Of a DNA stretch of 60,222 nt, positions 36,105-45,603 are shown piece by piece (position 1 is the first letter of the stretch; each line of letters opens with the position of its first letter). The position numbers and the translations under genes are program-made. Source of the DNA: a virus (taxonomy: Duplodnaviria; Caudoviricetes); the IMG/VR virus record IMGVR_UViG_3300042898_005595, positions 1 through 60,222 of that record. One strand, written 5' to 3'. A model generated the notes under the pieces. The model was not told the DNA's origin. It saw only the letters and a list, made by a program, of their open reading frames with translations, and made no database searches.

Positions 36105-37583
36105 TTATATAGCAGATGGTGGTCTTCTAATCCTTCTTAACTTAATACTAGAAAGTCCTTCCCAATTTTTAATCTCTTGATCCAGATTCACCAATTCCTC
36201 CTTTACTCTTTCTAATTCATTTTCCCTCTCATTTAATTCTTCTTCTCTAGATTCTAATTTACCAGATAAAGAATCTAAATCTTCTCTATCCTCTAATAGT
36301 TTCTTTTTAAAATTATTAAAATCTTTTCGGTCTCTTTTCAGATCTTGTGAATCATGTTCTATTTTATTTCTTTGTTCTTCGAGTTTAGATTTATACTCTT
36401 CTTCTTCTTTTAGAATTAACTCTCGATAATTTTCTGTTTTCTGTTGTAAATCTCTTTGTAGATCTTCCAATTCTAATCTTTTTCCTTCTAGTTCCAACTT
36501 TTCAGAATCAACATAGGATTCAAATCCCCTTTCTTTTGTTTGAAAATTTAAATTTATTTCTTCAGCCTTAATTCTAATTTGTTCATCCAAATCATTTATT
36601 TCCTTCTCTCTTTCACCGGCTTCCTTAAGCCGATCAGAAATTCTCTCTAATGATTTAGATTCACTTTCTTCAATTTTTCTTAATTTTGATTGAAATTCTT
36701 GTTCTAATTGATTGAATTCTTTCTCCCTCTCTTCAAAATTTTGAATTTTTGAATCAATTAATTTAACTTTTTCTAGCTTTTCCTTCTCTTTATTCTTATC
36801 TCCAAAAATAACATTGGCACCAACAACAAGTGATACGGCTAATGGGTCAAATACTAACATAAGAGCAATAATAAACCAGTTAATAACCTGATCCATCGAA
36901 CTACCTGTTAATTTAGCAATATATTTTAAAGGACCAACCTCTCCCGCTAAATCAGTATTGGTTTCTAAATCTAATTTCTTTAGGTCTATCTTTGTAATAG
37001 AGTCGTTTAGGGCAGTTTCCGTTAATAATATATCATCCCGTCTTTTTTGAGAAGATTTGAGTTGTTCCTCATAAACTTTTCTATTAGCCGAGGATGATGT
37101 GGTGATAATATTACCACTTTTATCTTTTGATTGAACAAAGTTATTTGAAACAGCTTTTGTCAATTCAGTAATATTTGAAGTAATTCGTTCTTTTTCAGAT
37201 CTTGCATCATTCAGTTGAGTTTGAAACATCTCACGTTTTACATCAAGAACTTTAACTTGTTTATCAATATTCTCAACTTTATTAGATGTTTCAGAATATG
37301 CTGATGAAAGGTATCCATAGATACCAGCAGATGTAATCATCATAAGAACAAATAGTGCAACGAAATAGTAGAACTTCAATGCTTTATTTAATCTACCCCA
37401 ATATTGATATAATAATGAAGCTAAAACTAATTTAGCAATCTCAAGTGATCCCATCATAATCATCACTTGCATACTAGCCCCAGAGAACATTTTCCCGAGT
37501 CCAGTAACTGAGTAGAATGCTGCTGATAATGAAACTGAAAGAGCTGAAAAAACTACTAAATAAGGTAATATCTTTTTTTCCAT
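36105..37583 (-). CDS. Multi-TM protein with long coiled coils
   Basis: SAAFYSVTGL..EIAKL..SAGIYGYLS, GPLKY, VFDPLAV; charged coiled-coil tail. Confidence 0.7.
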   Translation of the reverse strand: MEKKILPYLVVFSALSVSLSAAFYSVTGLGKMFSGASMQVMIMMGSLEIAKLVLASLLYQYWGRLNKALKFYYFVALFVLMMITSAGIYGYLSSAYSETSNKVENIDKQVKVLDVKREMFQTQLNDARSEKERITSNITELTKAVSNNFVQSKDKSGNIITTSSSANRKVYEEQLKSSQKRRDDILLTETALNDSITKIDLKKLDLETNTDLAGEVGPLKYIAKLTGSSMDQVINWFIIALMLVFDPLAVSLVVGANVIFGDKNKEKEKLEKVKLIDSKIQNFEEREKEFNQLEQEFQSKLRKIEESESKSLERISDRLKEAGEREKEINDLDEQIRIKAEEINLNFQTKERGFESYVDSEKLELEGKRLELEDLQRDLQQKTENYRELILKEEEEYKSKLEEQRNKIEHDSQDLKRDRKDFNNFKKKLLEDREDLDSLSGKLESREEELNERENELERVKEELVNLDQEIKNWEGLSSIKLRRIRRPPSAI

Positions 37584-37623
37584 TAGTTATATATTAAATT
37601 AGATTTTAGACTAACAATAAATA

Positions 37624-37659
37624 AAAAGTTTCAATTCTCTAATGAGAATTGAAACTTTA
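37624..37659 (-). terminator. Terminator after nrdB
   Basis: AAAGTTTCAATTCTC/GAGAATTGAAACTTT inverted repeat. Confidence 0.7.
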
Positions 37660-37679
37660 TAATATTAGATGTGTTTTAA

Positions 37680-38756
37680 TTAAAAGTCAAATTCATCGTA
37701 ACTTTCCTCATCAACATCTTGCTTATATGCACCGACTACATAAGTTTCAATTTCTGTTTCCTGTGGTGCATTTTGAACTGATGTAGATCCAGATGTCCAG
37801 TTATTAATCCAAGAAATTGGATTTTGAACTTTATCAAAAAGAGGCTCTAATCCAATAATCTTCATACGATTATTTGTTAACCACTTCATATATTGAGTTA
37901 GAATCTCAGCATTTAAACCAATCATTGAACCATCTTTAAATAGATACTCAGCCCACTCTAATTCTTCTTTAGCTGCGTCCTGATACATTTTAATTACTAG
38001 TGGCTCACATTCAGTTGCAATCTGTTGGAAACCTTCTGACCACTCTTCTTTTAAAGTCTTCAACAAGAATGACGTGAATCCCATATGTAGATTTTCATCA
38101 CGATTAATTAATGAAATAATCTTAGCATTTCCTTCCATTTTCTTATTCTGAGCAAAACAATATGAACAAGCAAATGAAACGTAGAATCTAATACCTTCAA
38201 GAATATTGATAGATACAAGAGTTAAGTATAATTTCTTTTTTCTATCATGCTCTGTATCACTATCAAGAGAATTAATTAATTCATCATAGTAATGTGTTAC
38301 AGAAGTTGTTCTTTTAACAATTTCCTCATCTTTTAATATATTATCTAACATCTCACTCGGATTAGAATAGATATTCTTAATAATATAAGTGTAAGAATAG
38401 GAGTGTATTGTTTCAAAAAATTCCCAAGTTTTTGAAAATAATTCTACTTCTTGATTTGAACAATCTGCTAATAGATTAGAAATACCACGACTTTGAACTG
38501 AATCCAAAAGAATTTGATATCCTAAATTTTTAGTAAAGATAAATTTCTCATGTTCTGTCAATGACTGAAAATCTGCCTTATCTTTTGACAAATTGATTTC
38601 CTCGGGTCTCCAGAAATAAGAGATATGTTGCTTAAACATATTAAAAATCTTCTCATATCTAAACTTATCATATCTCTGTAATGATAAGTCACCACCGAAG
38701 AATAGTGGCACTTTTGTAAAATCTAAATCTGTATTTAGGTTAATTATTGACTTCAT
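37680..38756 (-). CDS. nrdB: Ribonucleotide reductase class Ia beta subunit
   Basis: FWRPEE, LDSVQ, ETIHSYSY, EGIRFYVSF, RDENLH, APQETE. Confidence 0.96.
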   Translation of the reverse strand: MKSIINLNTDLDFTKVPLFFGGDLSLQRYDKFRYEKIFNMFKQHISYFWRPEEINLSKDKADFQSLTEHEKFIFTKNLGYQILLDSVQSRGISNLLADCSNQEVELFSKTWEFFETIHSYSYTYIIKNIYSNPSEMLDNILKDEEIVKRTTSVTHYYDELINSLDSDTEHDRKKKLYLTLVSINILEGIRFYVSFACSYCFAQNKKMEGNAKIISLINRDENLHMGFTSFLLKTLKEEWSEGFQQIATECEPLVIKMYQDAAKEELEWAEYLFKDGSMIGLNAEILTQYMKWLTNNRMKIIGLEPLFDKVQNPISWINNWTSGSTSVQNAPQETEIETYVVGAYKQDVDEESYDEFDF

Positions 38757-38781
38757 ATTTTATAATTTTGTTTTTATTATA

Positions 38782-39063
38782 TTAATTTTCCTCTTTAGGT
38801 TGTATTCTATTTAAAATTCTTTCTATTTTCTTAATCTTAGTAAATGGGCTTGGAAACCAATAATTATTTGGAAAAGGCGCCGGTGTTTGATATTGATTCC
38901 TTAATTGGTTTAAGTATTTTTCAGCTTCTTCTTTAGACAAATTACCAACAGGTATTTTATATACGATTCTATTGTTAGTTCTACTAATTGTCCAGTTATT
39001 TGGAGAAAGAGGATCAATTGGTTCCTCTTTCTTTTTAAATAAATTTTTAATCCAGTTTATCAT
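38782..39063 (-). CDS. Mini-protein resembling a T4-type portal protein segment
   Basis: RIVYKIPVGNLSKEEAEKYL..NYWFP, compared with recalled gp20 RRVWYVDTGNMP..KA..DYWL. Confidence 0.55.
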   Translation of the reverse strand: MINWIKNLFKKKEEPIDPLSPNNWTISRTNNRIVYKIPVGNLSKEEAEKYLNQLRNQYQTPAPFPNNYWFPSPFTKIKKIERILNRIQPKEEN

Positions 39064-39106
39064 GATATTTATATAAATTCTACTATTAATTGTTTATATA
39101 TAAAAC

Positions 39107-39643
39107 ATGAGACACTTGAAATACTTTGAAGAAATAGAACTAACAAATAGAAAAAATCCCTTTAATAAAATCAGTGACAATAGTTATGAATTTACAACTG
39201 ATGAATTAACTTATAAAGTCGATTTCATTCCATCTTTTACTAAAGAATATAAATCTTGTTGGTCTAGACAATATGATTTAAAAACTAACAGAGAAATCGG
39301 ATTCCACCAGTCAAATAAAAATCCATATAACATACTCTCAACGGTCACTGAAATTACCGAAAACTTTTTAAAAGAGAAAAATGTTGAAGTTTTGATAATA
39401 ATGCACACACTTATGGAGAATGAAAATTGTCCGATTGATAAACTAAATAAAAGATCTAGAATAAATTATCAATATTTAAAATCAATAGATGGATATCAAA
39501 TTAGATACTTTAATCAACCACTTTACTCAGGGGGCGGATCCGTATGTACAAATTGTATAATTTTTAAAACAGGTATTGATATAGATCCAATAATTGAAGT
39601 ATGGAACAAATTTAAACCACATTTTGAAGTGATTGTAGAATGA
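39107..39643 (+). CDS. Hypothetical protein with CTS-like N-terminus
   Basis: MRHLKYFEE; paralog of 9392-9868. Confidence 0.65.
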   Translation: MRHLKYFEEIELTNRKNPFNKISDNSYEFTTDELTYKVDFIPSFTKEYKSCWSRQYDLKTNREIGFHQSNKNPYNILSTVTEITENFLKEKNVEVLIIMHTLMENENCPIDKLNKRSRINYQYLKSIDGYQIRYFNQPLYSGGGSVCTNCIIFKTGIDIDPIIEVWNKFKPHFEVIVE

Positions 39644-40820
39644 AATCAATTGATTTTTCTATATTAGAATCAAAAACATCATCAGACCAGATCTCTAAAT
39701 ATTGAAATCCATTATCCAAGGCCAAATCTCTCTTTTTACAATCATATTTATACTTAGTATCAGCATCAATATCCTCGTTAAATAAACATCTCCAGTTTTT
39801 CCATTCTTCTTCTGTTAGACTATACTTTCTTGGATGAAATTTGGAACCATTATATTCTATAATAATCTTTAAATCATCCTTTAGTGTTGTAAAGTCATAA
39901 AAGTAATATCTTTTTTCACTCTTATCATATAGAAAATACTCTTTCTTATCAATTTTAGGATCACCATAATAAACACATATATTAGTCAAGTCTTTTATTC
40001 TTTCGTAAATAACTGAAAATATTTTCAATGATTCTTTAGAAACATTAGAATTGTTTTTATAACAATGTTCTTTCCAATACTCATAACTTAAATCATTAGA
40101 TTCTTCAATTGTATGTCCTAGCTTTTGATAATATTCTGAACAAAACATCGAAGACTCTTTTTTTATCTTAGATATAATCTCTTTAGCTTCTTTTTCAGTA
40201 TATCCTCTATTCAAATAATATTCAACTCTCCAAGGTGAGTTAGACCTATGATATTCTTGAATATATTCTTTTGACTTATTTTCTAGATGTTTTTTTGTAT
40301 GGCTAGATTGTAAATCACTTAATATTTTATATGAATCTGCCTCTGAATATCCATTTTCCATCCAATAGTTAATACTATATCTTGATTTATTTTTTTGTAA
40401 TTGTGAGTATTCTTTATATTTAATCTCTCCTTTTTCTTCACCATATCTTTTTATAAATTTATCCAAAGATAGTCCATATTTATTCCTATGTTCCTTATTA
40501 ATAAATCCAAATCTGAGTAAGTGATAATCATCCGACATTCTATCTTTTGGTTTTATTTGAACATAATTAACAAATTTTCTCAATCTATTTAAGTCAAATA
40601 ATTTATCATTAAAATTATTAGAATTAATAAATAAAATAAATGTTTCAATCTTGAAAAGATATTCCTTTAATAGTTTGATAAATTTTATTTTATTTTCAAT
40701 AAAATATTCAATTTTTAAAACCTTCTCCAAATCTCCTGAAAATGAATGAATATCATTACTCTTTATAAAAAGAATTAAGGACTTGCGACTATTAATATTT
40801 ATATCATTACATATAATCAT
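39612..40820 (-). CDS. Putative free-standing homing endonuclease (Vsr/PD-(D/E)xK-type C-terminus)
   Basis: YW..GY.E.EA repeats; FYDF..IIEYNGSKFH..D..K..A..GFQYLEIW; lies between nrdA and nrdB. Confidence 0.7.
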   Translation of the reverse strand: MIICNDININSRKSLILFIKSNDIHSFSGDLEKVLKIEYFIENKIKFIKLLKEYLFKIETFILFINSNNFNDKLFDLNRLRKFVNYVQIKPKDRMSDDYHLLRFGFINKEHRNKYGLSLDKFIKRYGEEKGEIKYKEYSQLQKNKSRYSINYWMENGYSEADSYKILSDLQSSHTKKHLENKSKEYIQEYHRSNSPWRVEYYLNRGYTEKEAKEIISKIKKESSMFCSEYYQKLGHTIEESNDLSYEYWKEHCYKNNSNVSKESLKIFSVIYERIKDLTNICVYYGDPKIDKKEYFLYDKSEKRYYFYDFTTLKDDLKIIIEYNGSKFHPRKYSLTEEEWKNWRCLFNEDIDADTKYKYDCKKRDLALDNGFQYLEIWSDDVFDSNIEKSIDFILQSLQNVV

Positions 40821-40860
40821 ATAATATATATTAGACAACCACAAGTCCCTATTTCACAAA

Positions 40861-43182
40861 TCAGATGGAGCAGGCACCACTAGCACAATCACCATCCATA
40901 CCCATTGAGTCTAGATCATCTGATTTTTTATCATCTGTATTAGCATAATACAATGTTTTCAACCCGTATTTGTATGCGTATAATACATCTTTAATAACAC
41001 CACCAATTGAAATACCATCTGATGAATATTGATAATAGTGATTTGCTGAAATTGATTGATCAATCCATTTTTGAATAACCGCACAAATGTTAGTATATCC
41101 ACGATTATCCGGCATTTCAAATGCCATTTCATATTTATTCTTCAATTTAATACACTCTGGTGCCACTTGTTTAACAAGTCCTGATTTAGATTTCTTAGTG
41201 ATGACAAGAGAACGAATTGGTTCAATACCATTAGTTGCATTTTGAACAACTGCTGAAGATTCTGCTGGCATTATAGCTGTTAATACAGAGTTTCTTAAAC
41301 CAAATTCTTCAATATCTTTTCTTAATGTAACCCAATCACAAGAGTAATCTCTTTTAACTAGTTCATCAACATTTTTGTTATAACGATCAATTGGCATAAT
41401 TCCTTTAGAATATGTAGTTTTATCATACCATTCACATTTTCCAAACTCTTGTGCCAATTTATTTGAAGCTTTCAATAAAGAATATTGAATATTCTCAAAT
41501 AACTCATCAACATAAAAAAGTGCTTCTTTATCAGAATATTTAATACCTTGTTTAGCTAACCAATAAGCAAAATTTGTAACACCAACACCAATTGATCGAC
41601 GCTTTAACATCTTTTTAGCTGCGTTAATTGGATAATCCTGATTTTCAACAACATATTCAAGAATTCTAACAATATATTCAGCAACTTTATGTAGTTCTGT
41701 CATAGATTTAATGTTTCCTAAATTGAAAGCCGCTAATGTACAAAGTGCAATTTCAGCATCTGAGTATTGTTCAGTTTCTGGTTTATTATCAATGTCATAA
41801 ATATTTTCAATCGGTGATGTTGGTAAAACAATTTCAACACATAGATTAGACATTTTCAATCTTTCGGTGAAAGGTGAGTTAGTATTAACATTATCTATGT
41901 TCATAACATACATACGTCCAGTACCAATTCTTTCTTGAGCGAAAGAGTTCATCAAGTCTCTTGCTTTAACAATCTTTTTAGGAATCTTTTTATCAGATTC
42001 ATATTTCATATAAAGTTCTTCAAATTGTGGAAGACCAAATACATCATAAAGTCCAGGAACATCAGAAGGTGAGAAAAGTGCAATATCACCATTTGAAATA
42101 AATCTATTATAAAATGTTTTCTCAAACTGAATACCATAATCCATGTGTCTCACACGGTTATCATCAGTTCCTTTGTTATTTTTCAATACAAGAACATCTT
42201 CAATTTCTTTATGCCACCAAGGGAAATAAAGAGTTGCTGATCCTTTACGAATACCACCTTGAGAACAAGAGTGTAATGTAGATTGGAACATCTTGAAGAA
42301 AGGAATAACACCAGTATGAACTACTTCACCGTTACGAACTTTAGATCCAAGAGCTCTAATTTGACCAGCATTAATACCAATACCAGCTCTTTTAGCAACA
42401 TATTGACCAATTGCAACATTACCGTGAAATATAGAATCTAATGAATCACCAACTTCAATCAAAGTACAACTTGAGAACTGACGATTTGGAGTTCTAATAC
42501 CAGCCATAATTGGTGTTGGTAGAGAAATCTTATGCTCAGAAATCATATCATATAACTCTTTTACAAAATCTATTCTTGTGGATTTATCATAGTCCGCAAA
42601 AACAGTCATCGCAATCATCATAAAGCAAAATTGTGGTGTCTCATATGATTTACCAGTACTTCTATCTTTAACAAGATATTTATCAATTAATTGTTGAAGA
42701 CCAGCATATGTTAAATCGTAATCTCTTTCGTGTTTGATGTAAGAATCATACTTAGCAATTTCTTCTTGAGTATATTTTTTTAATATTAATGAATCATAAA
42801 GATCTACTTTAATGTTTCTATTGATACATTCTAATAGAGATGGTAATTCTTTCTTCGTTTCAAAAACTTCTTTACGAAGTAAATAATTCAATAGGTTCGA
42901 AGCAACATATTGATAATTTGGATTTTTATCAGAAATCAAATCAACGGCCGATTGTACTAAAACTTTATGAATTTCACTAGTTTTAATATTTGGATAAAAT
43001 TGTAAGTGTGAGTTCATTGCCACATCAGAAGCAGATACTCCACTAATACCAGATGTTGCCCAAATGAGCACTTTATTTATTTTTTCTGCCTCGAATATTT
43101 CTGTTTGTCCGTTTCTTTTTCTTACAATTATTTCGTTGCTACGAGTTTGTTTTTTTGTTTCTTTAGATATAATATCTTCCAT
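40861..43182 (-). CDS. nrdA: Ribonucleotide reductase class Ia alpha subunit
   Basis: ATP cone, PTP, QFSSC, SNLCVEI, MPAESS, DQSIS, KTLYY, C-terminal CASGAC. Confidence 0.97.
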   Translation of the reverse strand: MEDIISKETKKQTRSNEIIVRKRNGQTEIFEAEKINKVLIWATSGISGVSASDVAMNSHLQFYPNIKTSEIHKVLVQSAVDLISDKNPNYQYVASNLLNYLLRKEVFETKKELPSLLECINRNIKVDLYDSLILKKYTQEEIAKYDSYIKHERDYDLTYAGLQQLIDKYLVKDRSTGKSYETPQFCFMMIAMTVFADYDKSTRIDFVKELYDMISEHKISLPTPIMAGIRTPNRQFSSCTLIEVGDSLDSIFHGNVAIGQYVAKRAGIGINAGQIRALGSKVRNGEVVHTGVIPFFKMFQSTLHSCSQGGIRKGSATLYFPWWHKEIEDVLVLKNNKGTDDNRVRHMDYGIQFEKTFYNRFISNGDIALFSPSDVPGLYDVFGLPQFEELYMKYESDKKIPKKIVKARDLMNSFAQERIGTGRMYVMNIDNVNTNSPFTERLKMSNLCVEIVLPTSPIENIYDIDNKPETEQYSDAEIALCTLAAFNLGNIKSMTELHKVAEYIVRILEYVVENQDYPINAAKKMLKRRSIGVGVTNFAYWLAKQGIKYSDKEALFYVDELFENIQYSLLKASNKLAQEFGKCEWYDKTTYSKGIMPIDRYNKNVDELVKRDYSCDWVTLRKDIEEFGLRNSVLTAIMPAESSAVVQNATNGIEPIRSLVITKKSKSGLVKQVAPECIKLKNKYEMAFEMPDNRGYTNICAVIQKWIDQSISANHYYQYSSDGISIGGVIKDVLYAYKYGLKTLYYANTDDKKSDDLDSMGMDGDCASGACSI

Positions 43183-43254
43183 AGGTGATTAATTTTTTAT
43201 TAGAGTTTTATATATTGATGATACTTAACTTTAAATTTCCTCTTTTTTGAAAAT

Positions 43255-44199
43255 TTAAAGAAAATCTATGTTGTTTAATTTATTTAAATTATATTTAAAT
43301 TTAGTATTGTTGAGTATCTTGGTAATAGAGGAAATATGAATTTCATAAGTATTTTCAAAAGAATCTATATCAAATGTTGAAATATGATAATATGTCTCCA
43401 TTACTACACCAGTAAATATTTTAGAGTTATCTAATAAATCGACATACTCAAACTCCACTTCTGTACCGATATGAATATTTCTATTAGTTATTTCTTTAGA
43501 GTTTGAATATTTTCCAATATGATCTTGTAATTCCATTATTATTAAATTTCTCCACTTATTATCAAGTAGTTTAAACATATTAAATAAATTATCGGAAAAA
43601 TAGATTGACAATTCATTGAATAACTCAACATTAGTAAATCCATCATCCTCTAAGTTAATTTTTAATAAATGATAATATTGGTTAAAATCAGATCTAGATG
43701 GTTTTCTTCGATTATTTAAAAAATTAATACTTGTTTTATCAAGTAAAACCTGATATACCTTTTCCTTAATATTCTTTGTCCTTATATATGATTCATTATC
43801 TTGAGACTCGGAATAAAAATGTGAAGATTTATCGACCTCAAATTTTTCATTAAAATACATTGATGTATAATCCTCATCATCTTCGGTGACTTTTTCTTCC
43901 TTTTTACCTTTAAAAATAGAATCATATTTCAATGAATGTTTTCCTTGAACTTTATGTTTAGATATAACCACCTCATCTTCTACAGCAGTATTTTCTTCTA
44001 TCTCTGGTTCTTCTTCCTCTGATATCTCTATTATTATATCAATATCATCAGAATCATCAGATATTAATGATTCACCAGAACCATCATTAGAGAACTCTGA
44101 CTCATCTTCGGTGACTTCTTCTTCAAAATTAGAACTATCTTCTAATTCTTCAAAATTTTCCAAATCGTCATCCTCCTCATGTTTTTTCTTTTTACTCAT
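43255..44199 (-). CDS. Acidic hypothetical protein
   Basis: Asp/Glu-rich N-terminal half. Confidence 0.65.
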   Translation of the reverse strand: MSKKKKHEEDDDLENFEELEDSSNFEEEVTEDESEFSNDGSGESLISDDSDDIDIIIEISEEEEPEIEENTAVEDEVVISKHKVQGKHSLKYDSIFKGKKEEKVTEDDEDYTSMYFNEKFEVDKSSHFYSESQDNESYIRTKNIKEKVYQVLLDKTSINFLNNRRKPSRSDFNQYYHLLKINLEDDGFTNVELFNELSIYFSDNLFNMFKLLDNKWRNLIIMELQDHIGKYSNSKEITNRNIHIGTEVEFEYVDLLDNSKIFTGVVMETYYHISTFDIDSFENTYEIHISSITKILNNTKFKYNLNKLNNIDFL

Positions 44200-44214
44200 A
44201 AGTATTTTATTTTT

Positions 44215-45543
44215 TTAAGAATCTAAAAACTGATCGTTCTCAAGTGTCAAATAAGTAGAGTTTAAAGTCAATTTTATCTGGCTTTTTAAAAAGTCACCGT
44301 CTCTTTGTTTTAAAAGTTTAAATCTATACATATTTAAACGTTTCATTTCTTCGGTTCTTATTATAGCAAAAAAAGTATCACTAGTTTCAGCAATCGCTTT
44401 ACTCTCAGGAACACTTTCTAATGTTATATCAGATGCATTCCAAGCATCCTTAGCAACTTGAACACCGGTAATAATTGGACATTTATATTTTGAACCCAAA
44501 GCTCTTAAACCCTCTGCTAAATGTTTACCCTTTGTATAAAGATTATCACTCGCACCCTTTGGAGCCGCTATCAATGTTATATAATCAACAATAATTAAAT
44601 CAAATTTAATTCCTTTTTTCTGTCCTATCTTTTGAATATAATTATCAAAATCATTTATATTGGTAGTCCCAGCTGCCCAAAATTTAGTGTAAATCTTACC
44701 AACCTTGTTAGTAAATAAATCTCCACCTTCTTTCATCGAACCAAGTGATTTAATCTTCTTACGAATTAATTCAGTATCCTTACTAACAGTATCATAATCA
44801 TTAATAGGAATTTTTAAACGCATTGCTCCCATTCTTTTAAGAACTTTACGCTCACTCATCTCAAGAGTCACATATAAAACATTATAACCCATATCAGCCG
44901 ACCTAACAGCAAAATTCTGCATCCATAATGATTTACCATTATTAGTTTCTGCCATTATACAATTAAAAGTACCAATATCCCAACCACCACCTAAAATGTG
45001 GTCGATTGTTTCAAATCCTGATTTAACTTTAAATCTTGAACTGTCTTGAATGTGCAATTCTGCTTCATCGAAATCAGAACCCATGTCATCATCATCAACA
45101 AAACTAGTAGAAGACATATCATCAACTATTGCTCTTATTCTATTAGCAGCTTCTATAGCTGTATCAAAATCAGATATATTATCGAAGTTTCTTGTTTCAT
45201 CAATAATATCTACTGTTCCAGTTTTAATTCGATTCGTTAAAACCCAAGCATTAAACTTAGGTTCAACAAAATTCTTTTCATCGTAGTCTTTTAAATTATC
45301 AGTAAGTAAAGATTTAAGAATTTCTTTTGTAATTATACCCTCCTTGTCTTCTAAGGCTACCATATCCAAGATTTGTCTTGGTGTAGGTATTTGAGCTTCT
45401 GAATTTTTGGTAATGTATTCTCGAATTATACCGAATACAAATTGAACTTCAGTGTTTCTAAAAAAATAGGGCCGTACAATTTCAAAATATTTCTTATTCT
45501 TTAAAATGTAATTAAAAAAGACCTTTTCTAGTGATGAGGTCAT
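44215..45543 (-). CDS. Replicative helicase, T4 gp41/DnaB-like
   Basis: AETNNGKS, YVTLEM, IIVDY, ES..IAETSD, LKQR. Confidence 0.9.
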   Translation of the reverse strand: MTSSLEKVFFNYILKNKKYFEIVRPYFFRNTEVQFVFGIIREYITKNSEAQIPTPRQILDMVALEDKEGIITKEILKSLLTDNLKDYDEKNFVEPKFNAWVLTNRIKTGTVDIIDETRNFDNISDFDTAIEAANRIRAIVDDMSSTSFVDDDDMGSDFDEAELHIQDSSRFKVKSGFETIDHILGGGWDIGTFNCIMAETNNGKSLWMQNFAVRSADMGYNVLYVTLEMSERKVLKRMGAMRLKIPINDYDTVSKDTELIRKKIKSLGSMKEGGDLFTNKVGKIYTKFWAAGTTNINDFDNYIQKIGQKKGIKFDLIIVDYITLIAAPKGASDNLYTKGKHLAEGLRALGSKYKCPIITGVQVAKDAWNASDITLESVPESKAIAETSDTFFAIIRTEEMKRLNMYRFKLLKQRDGDFLKSQIKLTLNSTYLTLENDQFLDS

Positions 45544-45603
45544 AATGTTTTAATATATTTTAATTTTATAGTTAAAAATATTTTATTGTTTGCTACTTTT
45601 TTC

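Noticed and set aside
37680-43182. Intron or intein in nrdA/nrdB
   Set aside because: Both ORFs are continuous and of normal length; the endonuclease is free-standing
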